A stretch of DNA of 64,000 nt, from NCBI GenBank assembly GCA_964593455.1, contig CAZQHK010000006.1, positions 49,225-113,224 of the forward strand, read 5' to 3'. Made by a program: the position numbers and the translations under genes. Positions 10,985 to 20,890 of this stretch are shown here, piece after piece. The notes beneath the pieces are model-generated. The model made no database searches. It saw only the letters and a program-made list of their open reading frames with translations, and was not told where the DNA came from. The DNA comes from an uncultured bacterium. Its GTDB lineage: Bacteria; Muiribacteriota; CAYSPT01. Position 1 is the stretch's first letter. Each line of letters opens with the position of its first letter.

Positions 10985-11149
10985 GACTATATGTTCTCCC
11001 ACGCTATATATAGGATGCTCAAGCTTTCCATTATGTACCATAGTCTTCCTTAAACTGTCAACCAGGGTGAGATCACTCTGTCTGACAAAACCCGGCGGAT
11101 AAACAGTGTCTCTGCACGTTCTGACCGTTGGAGATCAATTAATTTCAAG

Positions 11150-11179
11150 TTGACATAGTTATTTTAATTATTCTATAAT
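11150..11179 (+). promoter_or_regulatory. Consensus sigma70 promoter
   Basis: TTGACA-18 nt-TATAAT in AT-rich DNA; GGAGG RBS before GTG 11250. Confidence 0.8.
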
Positions 11180-11249
11180 TAACATGGAAAAGTATCTTTG
11201 TTAGATAAAGCATGTCCATAATTTCAGGTAATTTGGAGGATATAAACCG

Positions 11250-12296
11250 GTGAATCGATGGCTGGTCTGCGTGTGCCTGCTGGTTATTTTCACGGTGGTA
11301 CCGACGGATATCATGGCTGAGGAACTATCTTCATCGTCAGCCAAGATAGCACTGGGTGCCGTTGACCTGGCGGCTTGTGTCAGTTTCCATCCGCTGATCG
11401 GCGACTATATCATTTTAAAACAGGCTATCGAGAATCAAAAAAGCGGTATCGTCAGGGCCCTTAAAGGGGCTAATGAGCTGATGCTGAGATCGCTCGATAA
11501 CCGGCTGAAGGAGATCGAACGGAAACTTGATATCATAAACCGTGCTTCAACAGATAATGGCCAGGCCGACCATGAGGTTCCTTCGCCGGATGATGGACCG
11601 GTCATGGTGAGCATCAATCTCTCCCGGTATGACCAACCGGATGAGGAAGTTCTCACAGAAACCGATGAACCGCTGGATGCGAATCAATTATCAGATGAAC
11701 TGTACCGCCTTAAAAATGAAAAAGAAAAGGTCCGGGCAAAGGTCAAGTACATCCAGACCGATGAAGCCCGGCAGGAGCTGACCACCATGGGAGAGAGAAT
11801 AAAACGGGATGTGCTCCAGACGCTCCGTGAACTGTGCGCGACCCACCAGGTGGCGGCGGTGATCAACTTTTCCCACTCCTCCCTGAATCTGAACAAGAGA
11901 GTGCTTCCCCATACGGACGGCGATATCCCCATTTCAGACGCGGAAGCCGGAGAAATGGACCTGGCGCCGGTTGATGTGGAAGTCACGTTCGAACAGATGC
12001 TCCATTTCTCGGAAATATTCTGGACCGAGGAAAACGCTTCTCAACTGAGGTCTATTATCGATAATGAGCTGGTAGAATTCCCGTATTATCTCAAGTTGTT
12101 CAGAGGGTACCTTGAAACACGTTTGTTTGTTCATGGAAAGGACAAAGCTTCGTTTGAAGACGTTTTTCTTACTCGAATGGTAGTAAAGGAAAATTTTAAA
12201 AAATACAGTGTGGCCGAAAGAAAGGTCGAATTCGCTATGAAATTGCTTGCGCGATATTTCGAACCTGGTTCGGATGAAGGTGAAACGGAGGAATAA
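11250..12296 (+). CDS. Secreted coiled-coil protein, divergent OmpH/Skp-like
   Basis: Signal peptide, beta-strand ALGAVDL..FHP, long coiled coil, and IKRDVLQTLREL..HQVAAVIN resembling the Skp C-terminal unit. Confidence 0.5.
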   Translation: MNRWLVCVCLLVIFTVVPTDIMAEELSSSSAKIALGAVDLAACVSFHPLIGDYIILKQAIENQKSGIVRALKGANELMLRSLDNRLKEIERKLDIINRASTDNGQADHEVPSPDDGPVMVSINLSRYDQPDEEVLTETDEPLDANQLSDELYRLKNEKEKVRAKVKYIQTDEARQELTTMGERIKRDVLQTLRELCATHQVAAVINFSHSSLNLNKRVLPHTDGDIPISDAEAGEMDLAPVDVEVTFEQMLHFSEIFWTEENASQLRSIIDNELVEFPYYLKLFRGYLETRLFVHGKDKASFEDVFLTRMVVKENFKKYSVAERKVEFAMKLLARYFEPGSDEGETEE

Positions 12297-12298
12297 CA

Positions 12299-15200
12299 AT
12301 GAGATTAATTCGCGTTGTAATTATGGGCTTGCTTCTGGTTTCGGTACTTATTTCGGGTGTTCGGGCGGAGAATGTTTGGGCCCAGGACCAAAACGGCAGT
12401 TTTTATGTACTTAGAAAGATCAAGGGAGTGACACATGTCGTCGGTTACCCGATGATTAACAATGTCGCCCAAAAAACGAGCCAATTCAAAGCTCCGAGGG
12501 CCGTATCCGTGTCCGTTGATCCCAATGGAAACGTGTTCACTCTCCGGGAGGAGAAACGGGGTAACCGGCACATCATAAAGGTTTACAAAAATACACAACC
12601 GTATACCGTTACCGGCACCCCCCTGGAGGTGGATGTTGGAAAATGGGGAACCCTTTACCATGACGTGACCGCCAAGTTCGGTTCGAAACCGGGCGGCTCC
12701 AGCCGGTATAGAGCCGATCTCGAGGTGAGCCAGAACAATAAGAATGGAGACCGGGTGTACGTATACACTTCACATCCCAGCTCTCAACTCCATTACCTGC
12801 CCCAGACAGGCGTCCAGGCGCCGAAGATATACCGGCAAAGCGGCGGGAATATCGAGTCTCTGGTGGTAAACGCCTACTCCTCTAAAAAAGATTACGTCCA
12901 ACTCCACAACACTGACGGCTACGATCTCCAGGCTCTCTGGTCTCCGCTTCCGGGAGCGCAGGGGACCACCGGCTATCTCCACCGCAGCTCGGGCAACAAG
13001 GTCTTTCGTCTGAGCAAACCCGAAGGGAATCCGATCACGCAAGGCGTGGTGGCTTTTAACGCCAAGATCGACCGGTCAGACGCTTTCGCGGACTACGTGG
13101 CGGCCTACAATCCCAACCAGGGCCACGGCCTGTCCTTTATGTCCGCTAATGCCCGGGGACAGGCGGGCAACAACACCATTTATCACATGATCAGCGATAC
13201 CGCTCTCAAGGATGTCCAGGACAAGAAGAAAAGCTGGGGGCTCTCATGGGCCACCCTGGGGACCGGAGCCAGCATCCGGGTGCATATGGCGGCGCCGAGC
13301 ATTATCGAAGGAAAAAACCTCCTCGTTTACGAACCTATCATGAAGCTCAATCCCAATGCCATGAGACGAGGAGAGATCAAGGATTCAAACGGTGACAATT
13401 ACGATGATTACGGGTACAACCGGGACGACTACGTGGTCATGGATGTGAAGACTCATAGTTTTCCCCTCAGCCAGGCCAGCGGCCGGGTGAAAACCTTCAG
13501 TTACCGCTCTCTCGATTATGTCACCGGGAGCGCCACGGGTCCGTATATGTATTTCAAAGTTGATGGCCGGCGGGACGGCAGCCGGGATGAAGTCGGCATC
13601 AGCGTCCAGAACTCGGGCCGGACCGACAGCGGCAATGTCGTGGCCACCGAAGCTACCAAAGCATCGTTCGTGAAGGCCGAGTACTACGGTGTCTCAGGTA
13701 GTAACCAGAACGGTTTTCCGGCGGCGCCCGACAAGTACGACAACGAAGTGGGCGACATCTACACGCTGCGCCGCACCTACGGGTACTACAAGAACACTTC
13801 GGGACAACTCCTCACCCTGGGAGGCGGCACCCAGACCCTCACCAAGGAACGGGACACCTTCTACGCGCTCTTCCAGGACCGTGACATGACGGACCACCGG
13901 TTCCATATCGGGACCACCAAGTACCAGCAGAAGCTCTATAAGCGGGGTTGCGGGTGCCGTGGCTCCTACTACGGGGCTTTCCAGGAGATCTCCTCGCCGC
14001 AGAGCCCGATCATGGACCTGACCGTGGTCAACATCGGGATGCCTCCCCACATCCAGGGCGATATTATCACCGATATCCAGAGCCGTGATTATCTTTCCGA
14101 AGGTAATCTACTGATCAACGAGGACGGTTATTACGGGGCCCAGTATGGGGGAAACTGGTGCTTCGAGAACTGGAATGGCGCCCTGGGCTCTAACAAGGAC
14201 ACCGATATGGACAATCGGGCCGGGGGACTGAACCAGGCCGTATATTCGAACAAGAGCAATGCCTATTGGGGTACGAACCACCCCAGCCGTGATCCCCTGA
14301 ACCCGGTATTCTTCTGGAAGATCAGGCAGCTCAAGCCGGCCCAGACCGGCTGGATTCTGGTAAACACCGGCCCGGAATTCAAACCGGGCGATAAATACAT
14401 ATTCCGGGACGGCGGCAAGTACCAGATCAAACTCGATATGGAATGCTACATGGCCGACTGGGGTTCCCTGAACTACCCGCCGTTTTACTGGGAGTCTTCC
14501 GGAACCCTGGAAAATATCAAGGACATGGCGGCCTACGCGGGTGCCAGGCAGGATGTCATAACGGTAGTAGCCAAAGCCAAGGAACCGACACCCGAACCAG
14601 GGGACTTGAAAGTGGCCTTTTACAACGTGAAGAACGGTAGTGACTATCCCTCTTCTTACCAGCACGCGGCGGTGGATGAAGATACGAACAAGATCACGCT
14701 TTACGGTTCGACCGGAGATGATGTCATGGCGGTCTGTATCTACCAAGTGGACAACGGCACGGGTTCCCCTGTAAAACAGGCGAGATTGAGCCGTACTTCC
14801 GATAACCCGGGATCGAGCAAAGTGGTGGTGGCTCCACCGGCCATCCCCGATTACTGGCTCCTGAGCGGCGATGTCTCGCACACCAATGACAAGTTCAGCG
14901 GAATTGTGTATGACAGCGAGCATCCACCCACGCTCACCCTGGAGATAACACCGGCGAAGACAAAGGACGACATGCGGTTTTTCTCGGTGAACGAAGAGCA
15001 GTTCGGGAAAGACGCCATCGATCTGGCGCACACCGATTGTTTCGAAAAATCATCCGCTCCTCACATTTTCAAGAAAACCTGGAACTTGTTCCTGCGGGAC
15101 CATAGCATCTCCGGAGAGGTTGACCGAAACGGCATCGTGCGTGTGTGTAGCTTGATCAGTGGCGATGATGTAACGGTAGACTGGCTCACGCCGTACCCCG

Positions 15201-16876
15201 ATGAAGACGATAGTGGATATCCGCCGGTAGTGCCCCGAGTAAATCTATGCTTCAAGACGCCGATATTGCCTGATTTCTATACGGTCACCGTCAGACTCAA
15301 ATACTGGAAACGCACCTGGACTCCGGTGTATGAAGGCGCTGCGGTCATCGATTACACGCAAAACATAACGGAAAAGAACAGCACCGCTCTATTCAAGCTC
15401 GTGGTCAATGATACAACCGCGCCCATCGTGCAACTGACAAACGGCACAGATGATATCGGTAACTTCAAACACACCGGCACCATCGGCGCCGACACCTCGC
15501 GTTACACGGCGGTTGAATCGTTCTCCGGGGCCACCACGGGAGACTCTTTCCCCCGTACGGACGAGATTAGTGTCGCGATTACGGACAACAACCCCAACTT
15601 CGGCGGAGACCATATGGCTCGGATACTCTATGCTGATCCCAAAACAAAAAACTGGCGTTACTTTGATGTGGTCAGCACAGAAAAAACCATTTTCACTGAA
15701 GCTGGTCTGCCGGTGTTTGACGATCAAGGCAATGTGATTACCGATGATACTAACTATACCCAGGGCAAGTTCAAGAGCTGCACCCTGTTCGACATTGATA
15801 TGAGCGGTAAGAATGACTTCGTTATGCCTGGCGACAAGACCGAAACCGCGTACTATGTTTTGGGTCGTGATGGTGCTGATGCTAATAATGATGGCAACGG
15901 GGGCATGATAGTCATCGATGGAAGGAAAGTGACCGTCGACAGCCTGGAGGAGAATATCTCCAACGAGAAAACCATTTCCAGATTCGACCTGGAACCGGAA
16001 GGCAAAGTAGACCTAACCGCCGACCCAGATGGGCTTCCCTCTGCTACCGGGGACATCGATATCTGGGACAATGATCCTCCAGATGTGCTGGTGGAAATAG
16101 GATCCGGGTTCGGCGGCACATCGAAAATCAGGGCTATAACCGTCAAAGAGCCGTTGGACGGCACCGACGACATGCAGTGGTTCGGCGGACCGGCGCCGGC
16201 GCTGGCCGGATCCGGTTCCGGTTTTCAGTCGGGATTCCATTTGACGGTAGAAGACGAATCAGGTAGCCAGATCTACCCGCCGCCTTCGCAGACCGGCCCC
16301 GAAACCGATTACTACTATGACCGGTTTCCCGAGAATCCGGCTATGGACGTCGGGGAGAACATGGAGCCCTTTATCGTGGATATCAGCGAGTTTCTTGAAG
16401 GCAAACTCGAACCTCCGGGAACGGTATTCAAGATAAAAGTAGCGGAGAAAGTTCGGTTCGAGCTGAAGATCACCGCCTACGACAACACCGCCGGTGATGG
16501 ACCGATACAGCTAAAGTTTGCCGAGGAGAAGGACGGCGGCGAGCTGCCTTCAGAGCTCGAATTCGGTCTGAACGCCCGTGTCCAACATGGATCAGAACTC
16601 ATTCAGACGCCTTACTACTGGGTATTCCGGGCTCCCTCGGAAGTCGAAAATGATAATCTTGAAATCGCGGTAAAAGACGAGTTCGGCAACCGCCGCATCG
16701 TCAGGATTCCCTTCGAGGTAACGGACACCAGGGTGACTATACACACCTTGCAGACCAATGCTTCTTTTGGGTCCGGTGAAGTTACCGTTCCTGCAGATGG
16801 CGGCGAAGAATCAGACAGCAAAGAGGAGTCTGAAGAGAATGCCGAAACAGAGGAAGACGAGGGAACCGGAGAGTAG
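12299..16876 (+). CDS. Giant (1525 aa) secreted beta-rich protein of unknown function
   Basis: Signal peptide (VRA-E); Gly/Asn/Tyr/Thr-rich beta composition; DTTAP and DNDPP Ig-like linkers; acidic C-terminal tail. Confidence 0.8.
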   Translation: MRLIRVVIMGLLLVSVLISGVRAENVWAQDQNGSFYVLRKIKGVTHVVGYPMINNVAQKTSQFKAPRAVSVSVDPNGNVFTLREEKRGNRHIIKVYKNTQPYTVTGTPLEVDVGKWGTLYHDVTAKFGSKPGGSSRYRADLEVSQNNKNGDRVYVYTSHPSSQLHYLPQTGVQAPKIYRQSGGNIESLVVNAYSSKKDYVQLHNTDGYDLQALWSPLPGAQGTTGYLHRSSGNKVFRLSKPEGNPITQGVVAFNAKIDRSDAFADYVAAYNPNQGHGLSFMSANARGQAGNNTIYHMISDTALKDVQDKKKSWGLSWATLGTGASIRVHMAAPSIIEGKNLLVYEPIMKLNPNAMRRGEIKDSNGDNYDDYGYNRDDYVVMDVKTHSFPLSQASGRVKTFSYRSLDYVTGSATGPYMYFKVDGRRDGSRDEVGISVQNSGRTDSGNVVATEATKASFVKAEYYGVSGSNQNGFPAAPDKYDNEVGDIYTLRRTYGYYKNTSGQLLTLGGGTQTLTKERDTFYALFQDRDMTDHRFHIGTTKYQQKLYKRGCGCRGSYYGAFQEISSPQSPIMDLTVVNIGMPPHIQGDIITDIQSRDYLSEGNLLINEDGYYGAQYGGNWCFENWNGALGSNKDTDMDNRAGGLNQAVYSNKSNAYWGTNHPSRDPLNPVFFWKIRQLKPAQTGWILVNTGPEFKPGDKYIFRDGGKYQIKLDMECYMADWGSLNYPPFYWESSGTLENIKDMAAYAGARQDVITVVAKAKEPTPEPGDLKVAFYNVKNGSDYPSSYQHAAVDEDTNKITLYGSTGDDVMAVCIYQVDNGTGSPVKQARLSRTSDNPGSSKVVVAPPAIPDYWLLSGDVSHTNDKFSGIVYDSEHPPTLTLEITPAKTKDDMRFFSVNEEQFGKDAIDLAHTDCFEKSSAPHIFKKTWNLFLRDHSISGEVDRNGIVRVCSLISGDDVTVDWLTPYPDEDDSGYPPVVPRVNLCFKTPILPDFYTVTVRLKYWKRTWTPVYEGAAVIDYTQNITEKNSTALFKLVVNDTTAPIVQLTNGTDDIGNFKHTGTIGADTSRYTAVESFSGATTGDSFPRTDEISVAITDNNPNFGGDHMARILYADPKTKNWRYFDVVSTEKTIFTEAGLPVFDDQGNVITDDTNYTQGKFKSCTLFDIDMSGKNDFVMPGDKTETAYYVLGRDGADANNDGNGGMIVIDGRKVTVDSLEENISNEKTISRFDLEPEGKVDLTADPDGLPSATGDIDIWDNDPPDVLVEIGSGFGGTSKIRAITVKEPLDGTDDMQWFGGPAPALAGSGSGFQSGFHLTVEDESGSQIYPPPSQTGPETDYYYDRFPENPAMDVGENMEPFIVDISEFLEGKLEPPGTVFKIKVAEKVRFELKITAYDNTAGDGPIQLKFAEEKDGGELPSELEFGLNARVQHGSELIQTPYYWVFRAPSEVENDNLEIAVKDEFGNRRIVRIPFEVTDTRVTIHTLQTNASFGSGEVTVPADGGEESDSKEESEENAETEEDEGTGE

Positions 16877-16879
16877 TAC

Positions 16880-17896
16880 GTGAATTCGCTGAGCACTATT
16901 TCTGGCGGTTTATGGAAAAAACTCGCTTCCCTGATGGGGTGCGGGTTCCTCTTTGTGGGCGCCTTCGGTATGTGGGATGTTCCCCTGGAAGCGGCGCAAC
17001 CGACGCTCAAGATCGGGACCGTGAATATTTCTCTCGTTTTTTTCTTTCATCCCCGTATGAGAGAATACGATTTTGCCGGGAGCCGGTTTGTCAAATACGA
17101 TCCTGAAATAGCTGCGCTCAAACCGGCCGAACGGTTAAAAAAGCGCCGGGAAATAGCCTCGAAAAAGATAGAACATTTAAATACCGGAGAATTCAACCAG
17201 GAACTGTTGGGTCTCCAGAAAAGTTTGCAGGCGAAACAAAAAGAACTCAGCACGGCGAAAAAAGAGTTGGAGAGCCTGACGAAGGATTTTCGAAAACGGG
17301 TCCAATCTGAAATCAGAGGACTTTCTTGGGATGATCCGGCGGTCGATCAAACCTTTTCCCAACACAAAAAAACGTTTGACCCGAAGCGTGAAGCGATTGT
17401 TGGACTCATCGATTCTGCCATCCAGGAAATCGATATAATCAAGGGATCTATCAAAGATAAACTCTTCCTGGTTGCTTCCCCGGAAGGTTTTACCGATTTC
17501 ATGGAAACCGACCTGATATACTGGGGTATTCGTGCCGATGTCAGGAAAATCCTGGAAGAGCTCAGCCGGGAAAACGGCCTGGTAACCCTGATCAATTCTT
17601 CGTATCTGGTCCAGGATTTCATTCCCTTTGTCTCGGATAAGAGACACGAGATGGAATTTCCCGATTCCGCCACCTGGGAGGACGTGCTTGAAGAGCTATG
17701 CCGAACGCGAAGTATGCTGACCGGAGCATTTCCGTTTACCCTGAACGATCTGGCTCTCCCCATGCAAAAAAATGTTTCAGTGAAAGACTATACGGTGGAA
17801 GCGGTAGATAAGTTACTGACGTTGTACGGCGCCAATGATGTTGAAATTTCAGTCATCAGAGACATCGTGAAACAGCAACTTCCATCAAAGCACTGA
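16880..17896 (+). CDS. Secreted coiled-coil protein, divergent OmpH/Skp-like (paralogue of 11250)
   Basis: N-terminal hydrophobic segment, LKIGTVNI...FHP, coiled coil, IRADVRKILEELSRENGLVTLIN and KDYTVEAV. Confidence 0.55.
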   Translation: MNSLSTISGGLWKKLASLMGCGFLFVGAFGMWDVPLEAAQPTLKIGTVNISLVFFFHPRMREYDFAGSRFVKYDPEIAALKPAERLKKRREIASKKIEHLNTGEFNQELLGLQKSLQAKQKELSTAKKELESLTKDFRKRVQSEIRGLSWDDPAVDQTFSQHKKTFDPKREAIVGLIDSAIQEIDIIKGSIKDKLFLVASPEGFTDFMETDLIYWGIRADVRKILEELSRENGLVTLINSSYLVQDFIPFVSDKRHEMEFPDSATWEDVLEELCRTRSMLTGAFPFTLNDLALPMQKNVSVKDYTVEAVDKLLTLYGANDVEISVIRDIVKQQLPSKH

Positions 17897-18009
17897 AGCC
17901 GGAAATCTCCCTCCTCGACCTGAACTACACTCCCTTATTTACTTCTTGAGAAATATTCTGCTTAAAGAGTATAGTAGTAGCAGTACTCGATAACCAGGAG
18001 GGACATTGT

Positions 18010-18501
18010 ATGCTGCAGAAAAAGCGAGGAACCTTGAAAATCACCGTTCGAAAACTCTTCCAGGCCAGGCCGGTCTGGCCGGTCATCGTGGTGGAAGACT
18101 GCTCTGGCCGGGTGCTGGCCCTGGCAGAGATCAACGAGGCCGGTTTCAGGAAGACGCTCCGGACCGGCAAATGCCACTATTGGGACAGCGTCAATCAGGT
18201 CGTCTACCTGAAAGGCGAGCACTCCAACGAGATTGAGACGGTCAAGGATATCAGGCTCGATATCTGCTCCGCACGGCGTCACAAACCGTCTCTTCTCTTC
18301 CGTGTCGATCTGGCTCCGGGCAAGTGCCTCTACGGTATGGACACCTGTTTCTTCTATCATTTTGAAGACAAACATTTCCAGGTCGATCAAAAAAGTGTTA
18401 TCGACATGGAGGCCTGCAGTGAGCACTGCAGCCGCATTCAGATGCTGTTTTCGGAAGACGAGGACATGGAGCATCAACGCCGGTTCATAAAGAAAAAATA
18501 A
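18010..18501 (+). CDS. Phosphoribosyl-AMP cyclohydrolase (HisI)-fold protein, catalytically degenerate
   Basis: PVIVVED.SGRVL, KTLRTGK.HYW, LKGE.S and TCFF align with HisI; the SRSR, DCDxD and CHTG motifs are altered. Confidence 0.7.
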   Translation: MLQKKRGTLKITVRKLFQARPVWPVIVVEDCSGRVLALAEINEAGFRKTLRTGKCHYWDSVNQVVYLKGEHSNEIETVKDIRLDICSARRHKPSLLFRVDLAPGKCLYGMDTCFFYHFEDKHFQVDQKSVIDMEACSEHCSRIQMLFSEDEDMEHQRRFIKKK

Positions 18502-18521
18502 GATATGGAGAAGAATAAAAA

Positions 18522-19568
18522 ATGGCAATCGGAAGCCTGTATGGAAAACACCTGATAACCACCCAGGATTGGACTGAAGAAGAACTGAGGGCGACTCTCG
18601 ACCTGGCCTCGGACATGAAACTGGACCGGTTTGGTTCCAAGTACACCAGCCTGCTCGAGCACAAAACCTTTTTCATGTTCTTCTACAACCCGTCGGTCCG
18701 CACCAGGCAGTCTTTCGAGTGTGCGGCCACGGAGCTCGGCGGGCACGCCCAATTCCTGGAACCGAAAAGCATGCGTTTGAAAACCGCTAAAACCGCCGGA
18801 GAAACAGTGGAGGATGCCGCCCTGGTCATGAGCCGGTACGCCGCCGGACTGGGGATCAGGATTCTCGAAGACAAGGTCGCGGCTTACGGGCAGGGAGACG
18901 ATCTCTTGCGCGAGTACGCCCGGTGGGCAAAAATTCCGATTATTTCCATGGCCCACGACCGGTTCCATCCATGCCAGGGAATGGCCGATGTCATGGGCTG
19001 GTCCGAGTGGATGGGAAACGGTCCCGGAAAACCGGTAGATTATTCTGCAATCGAAGGTAAAAAACTGCTGGTGACCTGGGCCAGCGGCGCCCTGGCCCGC
19101 TCCCTTTGCAGTGTCCAGGAAGCCATCCTTATCGGCAGCCGCTTGGGAATGGACATCACGGTGGCGAACCCGGAAGGATATGATCTTGATTCCTGGGTCA
19201 TGGACCAGGCCAAGGAAAACTGCTCGAAGAAGGGGACCAGCTTGAAGGTGACGCATGATCAGGAAGAAGGATACCACGGGGCCCACGTGGTTTACTCCCG
19301 CAACTGGATGCATCCAGACGCGTATCATGACGGTGAGTTTCACAAACAGGAAGAAATCGAGCGCGCCTTGAGCTACAGCGGCTGGACCTGCAACGCGGAA
19401 AATATGAAACTCACCGAGAACGCCATTTACACCCACCCCATGCCGATCGATCGCGGTAATGAGGTAACCGACGAAGTGGCTTCCGGTCCCCGGTCCTGCA
19501 TCTATGACGTTGCCGAAAACCGTCTGCATGTTCAAAAGGCGATCATGGCCGCGACCATGGTTAAATAG
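18522..19568 (+). CDS. Transcarbamylase of the OTC/N-acetylornithine/YgeW-like group
   Basis: NPSVRTRQSF, GETVED, HPCQGMAD, LLVTWA and HPMPIDRGNEV motifs. Confidence 0.8.
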   Translation: MAIGSLYGKHLITTQDWTEEELRATLDLASDMKLDRFGSKYTSLLEHKTFFMFFYNPSVRTRQSFECAATELGGHAQFLEPKSMRLKTAKTAGETVEDAALVMSRYAAGLGIRILEDKVAAYGQGDDLLREYARWAKIPIISMAHDRFHPCQGMADVMGWSEWMGNGPGKPVDYSAIEGKKLLVTWASGALARSLCSVQEAILIGSRLGMDITVANPEGYDLDSWVMDQAKENCSKKGTSLKVTHDQEEGYHGAHVVYSRNWMHPDAYHDGEFHKQEEIERALSYSGWTCNAENMKLTENAIYTHPMPIDRGNEVTDEVASGPRSCIYDVAENRLHVQKAIMAATMVK

Positions 19569-19603
19569 CGTCACCGCTGCTGCTTGAAAGGTGAGGTTAG
19601 AAG

Positions 19604-20842
19604 ATGGAACACGTTATCGGTCTGGAGTGCGTGAAATGCGGCCGACAGTTTGATGTGGCTCCCTCCCTGTATATCTGTGATCAGTGTGGTTTGGAAGGTA
19701 TTCTGGATGTTTTGTATGATTACGATGTGGTCCGTCGGACTCTGACCGGAGACTATCTTGCCACTAACAAGCGGTTCGACATGTTCCGGTACCTGCCGGT
19801 CCTGCCCATCAGTTCACTGGAACTGGTGCCGCAGCTTCAAATCGGTTGGACGCCGCTCTATGCTCCGCAGGCGCTCAGGAAAGAACTCGGGTGCCGGGAC
19901 CTCTATGTAAAGGATGACGGCCGGAATCCCACCGCTTCCCTGAAGGACAGGGCTTCGGGGGTCGGGGTCACCCGGGCCCGCGAGCTCGGATATGAAGTGA
20001 TATGCGCGGCTTCCACAGGCAATGCCGCCACGTCTCTCTCCGGTCTGGCGGCTTCGGTTGGAATACAGACGGTTATCTTTGTCCCCGAGCGGGCTCCAAA
20101 AGCCAAACTGGCCCAGTTGCTCATTTTCGGTTCCACGGTGGTCATGGTGAAAGGAAGCTATGATGAGGCGTTTGAATTGAGTATCGGCGCCTCCGAGCAC
20201 TTCAACTGGTACAACCGGAACTGCGGCTATAATCCGTACCTGGTCGAAGGCAAGAAAACCGGTATTTGGGAAGTGTTGGAACAACTCGATTTCGAGGTCC
20301 CCGACCTGGTCTTCACACCACTCGGCGATGGGTGTATCACTTCCAGTATCCATAAGGGATTGAAAGATATGCACGCCCTCGGATTGATTAACCGGATGCC
20401 ACGTATTATCGCGGTCCAGGCCGCCGGTGCCTGCCCGCTCAAAACCGCCTGGGAAACGGGTCGTCCTCTTGAGCCGGTGGTGGCTGATACACTGGCTGAT
20501 TCTATCGCCGTGGGACACCCCCGCAACGCTCTTAAAGCACTTAAAGCCATCAGGCAGACAGACGGTGAGGTAATGGCCGTCAGTGATGATGAAATACTTG
20601 AAGCTATGCGGGTCCTCGGGCGGTTGACCGGTGTTTTCGGCGAACCGGCCGGGGTTACCGCCATGGCAGGTGTTATGCAGGCCCGATCGAGTGGCAGAAT
20701 AACCGGGCAAGAGAAAATAGTGGTGATGATTACCGGCAACGGTTTGAAAGATGTTGATAGCGCCATCAAAGCTTCCGGAGAACCGTTAAAGGTCGCTCCG
20801 GATATGGATGAAGTAGTGGCCACGTTGTCTGAGAAGTTTTGA
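19604..20842 (+). CDS. thrC: Threonine synthase (fold-type II PLP enzyme)
   Basis: N-terminal CxxC...CxxC, NPTASLKDR (PLP Lys), ASTGNAA, EGKKT and ITGNGLK. Confidence 0.8.
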   Translation: MEHVIGLECVKCGRQFDVAPSLYICDQCGLEGILDVLYDYDVVRRTLTGDYLATNKRFDMFRYLPVLPISSLELVPQLQIGWTPLYAPQALRKELGCRDLYVKDDGRNPTASLKDRASGVGVTRARELGYEVICAASTGNAATSLSGLAASVGIQTVIFVPERAPKAKLAQLLIFGSTVVMVKGSYDEAFELSIGASEHFNWYNRNCGYNPYLVEGKKTGIWEVLEQLDFEVPDLVFTPLGDGCITSSIHKGLKDMHALGLINRMPRIIAVQAAGACPLKTAWETGRPLEPVVADTLADSIAVGHPRNALKALKAIRQTDGEVMAVSDDEILEAMRVLGRLTGVFGEPAGVTAMAGVMQARSSGRITGQEKIVVMITGNGLKDVDSAIKASGEPLKVAPDMDEVVATLSEKF

Positions 20843-20890
20843 ACTCCGGCCAAACAAGGCGCGCAGAAAGTAAGGTGTTGGCCGTCGAAT

